This document shows positions 1-9,412 of a stretch of DNA of 64,000 bases, piece by piece; positions within the stretch are counted from its first letter, which is position 1; the number at the start of each line of letters is the position of its first letter. The notes below the pieces were generated by a model. The model saw nothing but the letters and a program-made list of their open reading frames with translations, was not told the DNA's origin and did no database searches. Origin of the DNA: Candidatus Altimarinota bacterium (GTDB lineage Bacteria; Patescibacteriota; Gracilibacteria; CAIRYL01; GCA-016699755); contig OY760935.1 of the NCBI GenBank assembly GCA_963664295.1, forward strand, positions 544,001 to 608,000, given 5' to 3'. The position numbers were made by a program, and so were the translations under genes.

Positions 1-256
1 CCATTGACACAGTCAAAATTACCAAAGACAAAAGAAAACTAAAACTACGCATTCCCAAAAACACACTCCTAAAAAACAAAACAAAAAATCCTTTTTCATG
101 TTTACCTTTATCCTGTTTATGTAAATATTTATTTACAAGCCTAGTAAACAAAATATCTCTAAAAATAGGATTGGGCTTATTCTTATTAAATTCTTTTAAA
201 AGAGCCTTTTTCATTATTTCTTTTTCTGCCTTTAATGATTGTTTTTTATTGCTCAT
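1..256 (-). CDS. Partial ORF running off the window, membrane protein, possible anti-sigma factor
   Basis: ATG at 256 overlaps the end of the ECF sigma gene; open frame MSNKKQSLKAEKEIMKK...FSFLLSLVILTVSM with a hydrophobic stretch. Anti-sigma role inferred from position only. Confidence 0.5.
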   Translation of the reverse strand, partial: MSNKKQSLKAEKEIMKKALLKEFNKNKPNPIFRDILFTRLVNKYLHKQDKGKHEKGFFVLFFRSVFLGMRSFSFLLSLVILTVSM

Positions 257-914
257 TAACCAAGTAAGCTAATTGTTTTTTTAAAGTACTAATAGAACGA
301 TGGATCATAACATTTATATTTGCCTCAGTAGTATTTAATGTCTTTGCAATTTCTTTATGAGACAAGTCTTCTGTTAATTTTAATGCCCACATTGCTTGTT
401 GTTTTTTTGGCAAAACTTTAATTGCTTTATTTAAATGTTGTTGAATTATTTTTTGGTCTATTGATTTTAAATCAAAATCCTTTTTTGGTTCTTCTGCTGG
501 CAATAAATCTTCAAATGAACTTGTTTTTTTATTCTTTTGTTTTCTGTAGTAATCAATCAGCTTATTATGTGCCACTGTGTATATCCAAGAAGAAAACGAA
601 CCTTGTGAATCATCAAATTTATCAAGAGATTGAAATATTTTTTCAAAAGTATCTGATGTCAAATCCTCTGCCTCTTCTCTTGCTTGCAAACGAAAATAAA
701 AAAACTTATAAACCTTGTCAAAAAATCTATTAAATAATGCTGAAAAATAATTCAAATCCTTTTTTGCCAAATTTACTAATTCATTATCTTCAATATCGTC
801 AATTTCCACATTAGCGCCGAAAAAAATCGATCTCCATTTATCAAGAACGATTTCTAAATCAAAAATCTTACATATTTTTTTAAGCCAATGTGCAAAAAAA
901 CCTGCAACAAACAT
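246..914 (-). CDS. ECF (sigma-70 group 4) RNA polymerase sigma factor
   Basis: Region 2 (AEDLTSDTFEKIF..FSSWIYTVAHNKLIDYYRK) and region 4 HTH (LSHKEIAKTLNTTEANINVMIHR). True start may be GTG at 809. Confidence 0.9.
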   Translation of the reverse strand: MFVAGFFAHWLKKICKIFDLEIVLDKWRSIFFGANVEIDDIEDNELVNLAKKDLNYFSALFNRFFDKVYKFFYFRLQAREEAEDLTSDTFEKIFQSLDKFDDSQGSFSSWIYTVAHNKLIDYYRKQKNKKTSSFEDLLPAEEPKKDFDLKSIDQKIIQQHLNKAIKVLPKKQQAMWALKLTEDLSHKEIAKTLNTTEANINVMIHRSISTLKKQLAYLVNEQ

Positions 915-1140
915 TAAAATAGAATTCTTATATATAAATTGTACAACACACTACCTTAATTTACTTATTTATGCAATATTTTTTTTATAAGTCAAATTAT
1001 AATACATAAAACTATAAAAAGTAGTCTTACGACTTAGCTATAAAAACATTTTAACCACTTAGAAAACTACTAAATTATTTTAAAAAATCGATTTTTACTG
1101 TGTGTAAAAGATCACGATTTTATTATAAATAATTTCCCCT

Positions 1141-1384
1141 CCACTCCGCGCCCTCGTTATTCACTCGGTCGCTCCGTTGCGGGTCGTAATTCTCGCTAAG
1201 CAATTGGAGCGGGTAACGGGAGCTTTTTTGCTTCGCAAAAAACTTCCTCCTCGTCCTCGGAAAGTTCAAAATAAATTTTTCACTTTCACTCGGACTGCGT
1301 CGTCAACGAACCCGAGGCTTCGAGGTAGCCATTTCCTGCTTAACAATGAAATAACCTTGTGGCTTCGCCACAAGAACATTTCAT
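1141..1384 (-). repeat. tRNA-Gly downstream structured module with duplicated tRNA 3' end
   Basis: 17-bp copy of the tRNA 3' end (TCCCGTTACCCGCTCCA) at 1205-1221, 180 bp from the gene; several GC-rich hairpins in between. Confidence 0.8.
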
Positions 1385-1460
1385 TGGAGCGGGTAACGGG
1401 ACTCGAACCCGTGCCGCCGGCTTGGAAGGCCGGAGCTCTAGCCAACTGAGCTATACCCGC
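1385..1460 (-). tRNA. tRNA-Gly(TCC)
   Basis: Cloverleaf GCGGGTA..CCGGC-CT-TCC-AA-GCCGG..GGTTCGAGTCC..TACCCGC-T-CCA. Confidence 0.97.
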
Positions 1461-1556
1461 TTACTTAAGTCAGCAAGCCATATTTTACCTTTTGAAATAA
1501 AATTTGCAAGCTTTTTTTAGCTTACAATAAATCATTGCAATTCAATTCTTGACCAA

Positions 1557-3524
1557 CTAATCTTTAAGCATTTTTATTAGTTCATCAATAGTTTTATTTT
1601 GAGCATCTTCTCTTCTTAATTTGCGCAATAAATTTCCATTAATTATCACTCCTCTATCACCTAAATCGGATAAAACATCTATATATTGCTCATCTTTTGC
1701 TTTTTCTAGTGTAAGTTCTCTCACTAAATAACCATCAATTTCTATGCCTACATCACGAAGTTCTTTTAAGGCATCCAAATAAACTTGATCATTTGCTTTT
1801 TCTTGTGTAAGTTCGCTCACTAAATAGCCATCAGTTTCTATGCCTACATCACGAAGTTCTTTTAAGGCATCCAAATAAACTTGATCATTTGCTTTTTCTG
1901 TTAATTCTTCTGTGGATAAACTTAATACGTTAATATCAACACTTACTCCTCCTGCTTGCAATTGCCTTAAGGCATCTAGATATTCTTTATTACTAACTGT
2001 TTCTCTATTAAGCCTGCCTACAAAAAGACCATTAATTCTTATGCCTGCTTCGTTAAGATCTTTTAAGGCATTCACATAGCGTTCATCACTAAGCTTTTCC
2101 AGGGTTAAATAATTTAATAACAATTTAGCAGAAGAATTAATAGCTATGCCTGATTTATGTAAGTCTATTAAAGCATCAACATAAACCGTATTTTTAACAT
2201 TTTTTGGTATTAAATTCATAAAATTATACCCACTAACAACAACTCCTCCTTCTCGAAGTCTTATTAGTCCATCAATATATTCTTGATCCTCGGCAGTCTC
2301 TTGTGTCAATTCAGAAGCAACAACACCATCAACATTCACCCCTGCTCTTTGCAAAGAAACTAAAGCCTCTACAAAGGTGGGTATACTAGCTTTTTTTGGT
2401 GTCAAATTACTTATTAAATATCCACTAATATATAAATTAGCGTTTTGAAGCTCAATTAAAGTTTGTATGTAATCAATATTTTGACCTTTTTCTAAAGATA
2501 ATTCATCTACTAAATTGAAATTAATGTCCACTCCGGCATTTTTAAGTGCTATTAAAGCTTTTATATAATCACTATTTTTGCCTTTTTCTGGAATTAATTT
2601 TTCTATTAAACGCTCATCAATGTCTATCTTTGCTAAAGATAATTCTCTTAACATGTTTAAATAAGTCTCATCTTCAAAAATTTTACTTGTTTTTAAATAA
2701 GACATAAGCTCATCACTAAACTCACTAGGATCTATTCCTGCTTGGTAAAGATTTTTAAGTAATTTAATATAATCCTTATCTCTCACTAGCTCTAGCGACA
2801 AACGATCTATAAAAAAACTATTAACCAATGCTCCTGCTTGAATTAGGTCCTCTAAGACAATCATGTAAATTTTATCTTTGGCTTTTTCTAGTGTTAAGGC
2901 CTCTATTAAAAATCCATCAATTTTCACTCCTGCTTTTTGTAGCTTAATTAAAACTCTTATATAAACATTGTCTTTGGCTTTTTCTAGTGTTAAAGAGCTT
3001 ATAAAAAAAGCATTAATATCTATTCCTAGTTTATGAAAACTTTTTAAGATTTTAATATAAGTATTATCTTTGAATTTTTCTAAAGTTAAAGCATCAATAA
3101 AAAAATAAGTAATTTTTACACCTAATTTAGAAAACTCCATTAAAGCATTGATATAAGCATTATTTTTGGCTTTTTCTGGAGTTAAAGCATATATAATATC
3201 ATCATTAATTTCTATTCCCGCTTGATTAAACCTTACTAAAACATCAATGTATTTTTCATTGGCTCTTTTTGGAAAATTTTTTGTTAAAAATTTTCTATAA
3301 TAAGAAACAAATAAATCAGGATTATCTTTTAAGATTTTATTAAAAATAAGCAAAAATTTATCTTGAGCATCATAATCTTCTACTTGGTCAATTTGCTCAC
3401 GAACCTTAAACATTTTTTGAGAAATTTTTTCCTGCAAAACTTCATTGGTTTTTTCAGATTTTTCTAATTCTTGCTTAACTTGAGCAATTTTTTCTTCAAC
3501 GCCTTTAAAGCTTTCATTTACCAC
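1557..3524 (-). CDS. Hypothetical protein with about 17 tandem 32-aa helical repeats
   Basis: 655-aa ORF; N-terminal coiled coil then repeats of consensus xLTxEKAxDxxYIxALxxLxxAGVxIxxxLIx; near-identical 96-bp-period DNA duplication around 1741-1899. Confidence 0.85.
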   Translation of the reverse strand: MVNESFKGVEEKIAQVKQELEKSEKTNEVLQEKISQKMFKVREQIDQVEDYDAQDKFLLIFNKILKDNPDLFVSYYRKFLTKNFPKRANEKYIDVLVRFNQAGIEINDDIIYALTPEKAKNNAYINALMEFSKLGVKITYFFIDALTLEKFKDNTYIKILKSFHKLGIDINAFFISSLTLEKAKDNVYIRVLIKLQKAGVKIDGFLIEALTLEKAKDKIYMIVLEDLIQAGALVNSFFIDRLSLELVRDKDYIKLLKNLYQAGIDPSEFSDELMSYLKTSKIFEDETYLNMLRELSLAKIDIDERLIEKLIPEKGKNSDYIKALIALKNAGVDINFNLVDELSLEKGQNIDYIQTLIELQNANLYISGYLISNLTPKKASIPTFVEALVSLQRAGVNVDGVVASELTQETAEDQEYIDGLIRLREGGVVVSGYNFMNLIPKNVKNTVYVDALIDLHKSGIAINSSAKLLLNYLTLEKLSDERYVNALKDLNEAGIRINGLFVGRLNRETVSNKEYLDALRQLQAGGVSVDINVLSLSTEELTEKANDQVYLDALKELRDVGIETDGYLVSELTQEKANDQVYLDALKELRDVGIEIDGYLVRELTLEKAKDEQYIDVLSDLGDRGVIINGNLLRKLRREDAQNKTIDELIKMLKD

Positions 3525-3720
3525 TTTTTTAATTCAAATTTGTTAATTTTAATTTTTGTTCTAATAGCTCCAAATCGTGCAAAGCCTTGGTTAATCTTTG
3601 GTGTTTTATTTTATTTCTCTGAGTTTTATTTTTTATTGCACAAATTTCCTGTTCTTCTTTTTTGTTATCTGTCATTATTTATATAATAATTCTTATTATT
3701 ATAACATAAAAAGATAAAAT

Positions 3721-4014
3721 ATGCAAAAACCTATGAAAAAAAATAAATACCCACAACAAATTGAGGCCGAGCTTGATTTACATGGCTTAACCAAGGAAGA
3801 ATCTAAAAACAAAACCCTTACTTTTCTTGTTAGTTGCAAGAAAAATAAATTCAAAACTGTGCAAATAATTACTGGCAAAGGTATTCATTCTAAAAATGGC
3901 AGTATTTTAAAACCATTTATCGAAAATTTACTTAAAAAAGAGGGTTATTTTTTTGAAACAGCAAAAATAAACGAAGGTGGCTCTGGAGCTATTAAAATTA
4001 AACTCAATTATTGA
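3721..4014 (+). CDS. Small Smr/MutS2 C-terminal domain protein
   Basis: LDLHG, IITGKGxHS and NEGGSGA motifs. Confidence 0.9.
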   Translation: MQKPMKKNKYPQQIEAELDLHGLTKEESKNKTLTFLVSCKKNKFKTVQIITGKGIHSKNGSILKPFIENLLKKEGYFFETAKINEGGSGAIKIKLNY

Positions 4015-6632
4015 ATTATTCCTAGCCTATCTTCTATTTCCTGATCTACAAATATTCTTTTTCTACCATTTTTCATGCGGGAATATTTTTTTACTATTTC
4101 TGCTATTTTTTCGTTTTTTCCTGTTTCGTCCCAAATTGTTTCAAGCGAAAATGGTCTTGAAGTTGTATTGTCTATATTTAGTTTTATATACGCTTTGTAA
4201 TTAGCTATTCCGAGAATATCTTGTTCTGATAATACTGGTGCATATTCTTTTGCTAGGTATTCTGCATCTTCGGCACCAACTTTGAAGCTCATTATTGAGC
4301 CCACATTACCAAACACTGCATCTCGCAATTTTGATTGTTTTTCATAATTTTGAGTTGTTTGAAGCTGAGCTATATACTGATGAGCCATTATCAAGGACAA
4401 ATGATATTTTCTAGCCTCTGAGAGTATGTCTGCAAAGGCATCTGTGGCAAAATTTTGAAACTCATCTACATAAAGGAAAAAATCTCGTCTTTCTTTTTCT
4501 GGCATATCTGCCCTACTCATGGCTGCCATTGATATTTTATTTACAAAAATCAAACCGAGCAATTGCGCGTTAATATCACCAATCATACCTTTTGAAAGGT
4601 TTACTAATAATATTTTTCCTTCGTCCATTATTTTTCTGATATCAAATGCACTTTTTGGTTGTCCAATAATATTACGCATTGTTGTATTTGTTATGAATGG
4701 ACCGAATTTACTTGAAAAATAAGGTATCATTTCTTCTTTTTCTCTGGCTCCGGTTTTTGCCATTTCATTATCCCAAAACTGACGTACTACTGTGTTTTTA
4801 CACTTTGAAACTTTGTATTTTTGAAACGCATCATCAACAAAAAGTCTTGGCAAATCAATTAAGGTTGCTCCCTCTTCTTCGTCGTCCATCAGAGTTAAAC
4901 AACCATTGCGAAAATAGTGCTGAATTCTTGGTCCAAATATCTCATTGCCAAATAATTTAATAAAAATATTCATAGCATCAAGACTAGCTCTGTCTTTTTG
5001 CTCGTCTGATTTTGCTTCCAACAAATTAAGTCCCATTGGTCTTTCTGTATCCGCTGGATTAAACACTATTACGTCTTTTGCTCTTTCTTTTGGTACATAA
5101 CAAAGAATATCTTCAATTAGGTCACCATGAGGATCAACCACACAAACGCCTTCTCCATTTTGAATATCCTGACGAGCCATGTATGACAACAGTGCGGACT
5201 TACCAGCACCAGATTTACCAACTATGTAATGATGACGTGAGCGATCTTTTTTCTTCATGCACACTTTTTTCTCAACAGCTCTGTATCTATTAATACCTAA
5301 AACAATCCCCTCTTCTGGTAAATCTATTGGCGGTGGAAGAACTTTATACTTAAGCCATTTTATGATTGGAATTCTATTATAACGAGAATCTGGAAAATGA
5401 AATATTGTAGCCAGTTCTTCAGGCACCATAAGTGATGGTTTTTTCTGAAAAAAGTACCAGCTCAATCTCCTTGTAAAGGCGTGCTTAATAAGTGGAGCAT
5501 TAAGAACATTTAAAGGTATATGCCTACGATTTTCAAAATAATTAGCAGCATCATCACGCACAGAACCGAAAGCAGCCACAAGATTGTTTAAAATATGCTC
5601 TACTCGAATTGCAGTTTTTGAGCTAGCAACAACGCGAATAATAGTATCAAAACCAACTTGAGTTGATTTTTCACCAATTCTTTTTGCAACCTCTTCTCTG
5701 GTTTGCAACATACGAATATATGAGTCACCACCTGATGCACCAGGCTGATTTGTGCTTGCGCCTATTGCGCCTGCCTTATCAGGCCCAAAGATTAAAGTAG
5801 CAAATCCAGACCAAATCCAGCCAAAAATAGGAATATTTTGAAAAAATCCTGTTTTTTGCCTTTTAAACATGGCAGTACCAAATTTTTCTGCTTTTTTTTG
5901 CCAACCTTTTGGTCGAGGATTTATTATGATCTGAATTGCTGCTTTTTCATCTTCTTCTAGCTTTGAAAGTGCATTTGTAAGATCATTAAGGGGATCATTT
6001 TCTATGTTCTTATAAGTTTTTATTGGAAACCAATTTTTTTCTTTTAAATAAAGATAAAATCCATTAAAAAAATATTTCTTTGGTCGAATTTGATATTGTT
6101 TTTCTATTGTTATTTCTGCGTCGGGATAAAAACTGGTTATTTGTTTTTCAACTATGTTTTGGTAATACCTATCTGTGACAACATAGAAATAAAGCTCGTT
6201 ATTTTCCAAAAACATTTCAAAAGAAATTTTATCATTTTGAAAAATAGCTGTTTTGATTGTATTCCAAAGGTTTAATTCACTTATTTCATAAACCGCACGA
6301 AAAAATTGCTCTGCTATTGCTAATTTTTCCTTAAAGTCTTTTTCTGTGCGTTTTTCTTGGTCTATTTTTGAGTCACTACGAGGCAGGGTCACTTTCATAT
6401 AAACCATATTTTTTGCTTCATGTTCGGCATAAAAAAGCCGACCAAGCAAGATAGTCATTTCAAAAACAAAGAAGACTGTAAGAATATTAAGCACAAAAGC
6501 CAATGGATCTGCTTTTATATGACCCCAAACTAATAAAAAATGTTCAAGCTGAAAAAGCCAACCTAAAAACGCCCAAATAGTTGTTGCTATTGCGAGTAAT
6601 AACCAGCGAAGGCGAAAGGCAATTTTAATCAT
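4008..6632 (-). CDS. Membrane-anchored VirD4/TrwB/HerA-like ATPase (CPR-type T4SS coupling-like protein)
   Basis: N-terminal TM helices; Walker A GKSGAGKS; VVDPHGDL; Walker B LYVDEFQNF; SEARKY.LSLIMAHQ. Confidence 0.85.
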   Translation of the reverse strand: MIKIAFRLRWLLLAIATTIWAFLGWLFQLEHFLLVWGHIKADPLAFVLNILTVFFVFEMTILLGRLFYAEHEAKNMVYMKVTLPRSDSKIDQEKRTEKDFKEKLAIAEQFFRAVYEISELNLWNTIKTAIFQNDKISFEMFLENNELYFYVVTDRYYQNIVEKQITSFYPDAEITIEKQYQIRPKKYFFNGFYLYLKEKNWFPIKTYKNIENDPLNDLTNALSKLEEDEKAAIQIIINPRPKGWQKKAEKFGTAMFKRQKTGFFQNIPIFGWIWSGFATLIFGPDKAGAIGASTNQPGASGGDSYIRMLQTREEVAKRIGEKSTQVGFDTIIRVVASSKTAIRVEHILNNLVAAFGSVRDDAANYFENRRHIPLNVLNAPLIKHAFTRRLSWYFFQKKPSLMVPEELATIFHFPDSRYNRIPIIKWLKYKVLPPPIDLPEEGIVLGINRYRAVEKKVCMKKKDRSRHHYIVGKSGAGKSALLSYMARQDIQNGEGVCVVDPHGDLIEDILCYVPKERAKDVIVFNPADTERPMGLNLLEAKSDEQKDRASLDAMNIFIKLFGNEIFGPRIQHYFRNGCLTLMDDEEEGATLIDLPRLFVDDAFQKYKVSKCKNTVVRQFWDNEMAKTGAREKEEMIPYFSSKFGPFITNTTMRNIIGQPKSAFDIRKIMDEGKILLVNLSKGMIGDINAQLLGLIFVNKISMAAMSRADMPEKERRDFFLYVDEFQNFATDAFADILSEARKYHLSLIMAHQYIAQLQTTQNYEKQSKLRDAVFGNVGSIMSFKVGAEDAEYLAKEYAPVLSEQDILGIANYKAYIKLNIDNTTSRPFSLETIWDETGKNEKIAEIVKKYSRMKNGRKRIFVDQEIEDRLGIIQ

Positions 6633-6764
6633 TTTTTATTTTTGTTTCCAAATAAACACAATTTATTCATTAAATTATATCATTTTCAATATAAAAAATA
6701 AAGCTATTTATGCTTATTTATTACTTATTTTCTTACTGTTTATTGAACAAATTTTTTATACAAA

Positions 6765-7124
6765 TTAAGCTAAATCAGGAACAGCAAAGTTCATAAACAA
6801 AACAGTTAAAAACAAAATAAAAGAAATAATGATTAAAACAGCATCAACCATTGGAGCTTCAACTAGTTCGTCCTTTTTTTTCTGATCAAAAGAAGAAAGT
6901 TGCTCATTAACAGAAATCCTTAAAGAAGTAAGAGCAAAAAGAATTCCAACTAGTGCAAATGGAATATCAGCAAGACGCAAAAAAATCTCTGAAGAATAAG
7001 AATAAAAATTATTTTTATAAAAAAGATAAGCAATAAGCATTGCTGAGCCTATTATAAAAAATAATAATTCCGACGCCGTATGTAAATTTCGTAAAAATTT
7101 CATCTGTATAAAATTCTCACACAA
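6765..7124 (-). CDS. Hypothetical membrane protein (about 3 TM)
   Basis: 119-aa ORF with three hydrophobic segments filling the intergenic gap. Confidence 0.7.
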   Translation of the reverse strand: MCENFIQMKFLRNLHTASELLFFIIGSAMLIAYLFYKNNFYSYSSEIFLRLADIPFALVGILFALTSLRISVNEQLSSFDQKKKDELVEAPMVDAVLIIISFILFLTVLFMNFAVPDLA

Positions 7125-7189
7125 AATATTTTATTTGAAAAGACAAGTTTACCTTGAAAAACAAAAGGCTTTTATGGCAAAATCAGTAT

Positions 7190-7474
7190 ATGTTATCAGA
7201 AAAAGAAATACGGCATATTGCCCACCTCGCCCGCCTTGGGCTCACTGACAAAGAGGTAAAAAAATACACCCAAGAGCTTAGTGATATATTGGGTTATTTA
7301 GAAAAATTAAATGAACTTGATGTTTCACAGGTTGAACAAATTGGTCAAATTACTGATCTGAAAAATGTAACCAGAGAAGACAATGTTGAACCTTCTGATT
7401 TTGCAAAAGATCTTTTGAATTCAAGTTCAAACGAAATTCAAGATTCGCACATTAAAGTAAAAAACGTATTTTAA
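7190..7474 (+). CDS. gatC: Asp/Glu-tRNA amidotransferase subunit C
   Basis: IRHIAHLARL..ELSDILGYLEKLNELD..TRED; directly upstream of gatA; ATG 7190 preferred over TTG 7154. Confidence 0.95.
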   Translation: MLSEKEIRHIAHLARLGLTDKEVKKYTQELSDILGYLEKLNELDVSQVEQIGQITDLKNVTREDNVEPSDFAKDLLNSSSNEIQDSHIKVKNVF

Positions 7475-7478
7475 AAAA

Positions 7479-8924
7479 ATGGAAAACTTAACAATAAAAC
7501 AAGCTAAAGAATTATTACAAAGTGGTAAAATAACCGCTGTTGAATTAACTAAACATTATCTTGATCGCATTGAAAAAACTGAACCAAAAGTTGATGCTTT
7601 TTTGACTATTACAAAAGAAGAAGCCTTAAGAAAAGCTGAAGAAATAGACAAAAAAGGTGATTTTTCAGCTCCTTTGGCTGGCATTCCTATTGCCCTAAAA
7701 GATGTTATTTCCACTAAAAACATTCGCACAACTGCGGCTAGTAAAATATTAGAAAATTATATTCCACCTTTTTCTGCTGTTGTTTGGCAAAGACTGGAAG
7801 AGGCTGGAGCTATTCTGCTTGGCAAAGTAAATACTGATGAATTTACCATGGGGTCTTCTTGTGAAAATTCTGCTTTCAAACCTACAAAAAATCCTTGGGA
7901 CGAAAACAGAGTTCCTGGAGGTAGCTCAGGTGGCTCTGCGGCTTCTGTTGTTGCTGATGAGTGTGTATTTGCTATTGGAACTGACACTGGTGGTTCTATT
8001 CGCCAACCTGCTAATTTTTGTGGCTGTGTTGGACTAAAACCAACTTATGGACGCGTGCCTCGCTATGGTGTTATGTCTTATGCTTCTAGTTTTGATACTA
8101 TTGGCCCTCTTACAAAAACCGTAGAAGATACTGCTATTGTTATGGAGATTATCGCTGGTCATTCCGAAAAAGACGCCACTACTCCAAAAAAAGAAGTTCC
8201 AAAATATTCAGAAAATCTACAAAATAGCTTAAAAGGTAAAAAAATTGGCATACCAAAAGAATACTTTGAAGAAAAAGGCTTAGATGAAAAAATAAAAACT
8301 CAATTATTGGAAACAATTAACAAATTTGCAAAAGAACAAGGCGCAGAGATAAAAGAAATTTCACTCCCACTCACTGAATATGCTATCCCTACTTATTACA
8401 TTCTTGTTAAATCCGAAGCTTCGACCAATTTAGCTCGTTATGATGGCGTTCGTTTTGGCTACAAAACTGACGATGCTCATGATCTAAAAGAATTTTACGA
8501 AAAAACTCGCGAAGAAGGTTTTGGCCCAGAAGTAAAAAGAGCAATTATGATGGGTACTTTTACTCTTTCTGCTGGTTATTTTGATGCTTATTACAAAAAA
8601 GCAGCCCGCGTGCGCAACCTGATTAAGCAAAATTTTGATAAAGCTTTTGAAGAAGTTGATGTGCTTTTTGCTCCTGTTTCTCCTTTTCAGGCTTTTAAAA
8701 TTGGCGAAAAAAAAGACGATCCTCTTCAGATGTATCTAGCAGATATTTTTACTGTCACTGTTAATCTGGCTGGTATACCTGGACTAGCTGTACCAACTGG
8801 CCTAATTGACGGCTTACCTACTGGTTTGCAAATTTTAGGCAAACAATTTGCAGAAGAAACCGTACTTAATTTTGGTTGGCACTTGGAAAAAATGGTTAAC
8901 TTTCAAGAAAAACCTAACTTATAA
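7479..8924 (+). CDS. gatA: Asp/Glu-tRNA amidotransferase subunit A
   Basis: Amidase signature PGGSSGGSAA, GTDTGGSIRQPA, NLARYDGVRFG. Confidence 0.98.
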   Translation: MENLTIKQAKELLQSGKITAVELTKHYLDRIEKTEPKVDAFLTITKEEALRKAEEIDKKGDFSAPLAGIPIALKDVISTKNIRTTAASKILENYIPPFSAVVWQRLEEAGAILLGKVNTDEFTMGSSCENSAFKPTKNPWDENRVPGGSSGGSAASVVADECVFAIGTDTGGSIRQPANFCGCVGLKPTYGRVPRYGVMSYASSFDTIGPLTKTVEDTAIVMEIIAGHSEKDATTPKKEVPKYSENLQNSLKGKKIGIPKEYFEEKGLDEKIKTQLLETINKFAKEQGAEIKEISLPLTEYAIPTYYILVKSEASTNLARYDGVRFGYKTDDAHDLKEFYEKTREEGFGPEVKRAIMMGTFTLSAGYFDAYYKKAARVRNLIKQNFDKAFEEVDVLFAPVSPFQAFKIGEKKDDPLQMYLADIFTVTVNLAGIPGLAVPTGLIDGLPTGLQILGKQFAEETVLNFGWHLEKMVNFQEKPNL

Positions 8925-8926
8925 AA

Positions 8927-9355
8927 TTATTCTGATTCCCAAATACCATGTATATTGCAATGCTGATAAGCTTTTAGGTCTTTAGAATATTCAATATCTT
9001 CAAAAATAGCCTCTGGAGCTGAGTCTGGCAACAACTCTACTCTTTTTAAGCGTGGACCTTTTGGATCAATGCGTAAATCCACCCACTCAATATAATGCTC
9101 TGGTGTCATTGGGTGTGCCACTAAGCCTATTTTTACTTTTACTCCTTTTTGTGCTTTTTCAATTACTGGCACATGCTTTTCTTGCGCTTCTCCGCCAGTT
9201 TGTTCTTCACCTTTTTCATGAATTACTTCAAATGAACTCTTTGGCGCACCGCAAACAGGACAAACCCAGTCTTCAGGTAAATTATTAAAACCAACTCCAC
9301 CTTCCTGGGCAGGATTGTAAACAAAACCACAACCAAGGCAATAATATTTTTTCAT
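8927..9355 (-). CDS. Rubredoxin-superoxide reductase (neelaredoxin-type) fusion
   Basis: [22 protein letters not shown] rubredoxin; [25 protein letters not shown] ligands. Confidence 0.9.
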   Translation of the reverse strand: MKKYYCLGCGFVYNPAQEGGVGFNNLPEDWVCPVCGAPKSSFEVIHEKGEEQTGGEAQEKHVPVIEKAQKGVKVKIGLVAHPMTPEHYIEWVDLRIDPKGPRLKRVELLPDSAPEAIFEDIEYSKDLKAYQHCNIHGIWESE

Positions 9356-9412
9356 AATTTACTTTTAAAAAACTATTAAAAATTTACATTCTCAATTTAA
9401 AAAAGCAAGAAA

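Noticed and set aside
1177-1449. ORFs over tRNA modules (also 13337-13624, 13410-13604, 62084-62880, 35611-35862)
   Set aside because: Shadow translations of tRNAs and repeats; no protein motifs such as GIY-YIG.
1205-1460. Prophage/ICE attL-attR at tRNA-Gly, Lys or Ser
   Set aside because: Duplicated ends are only 156-189 bp apart with no integrase or cargo; at most remnants.
1741-1899. DGR template/variable repeat pair
   Set aside because: In-frame adjacent protein repeats and no reverse transcriptase in the window.
4008-6632. Conjugative element around the VirD4-like ATPase
   Set aside because: No relaxase, VirB4 or integrase nearby; housekeeping context; such ATPases are typical chromosomal CPR genes.
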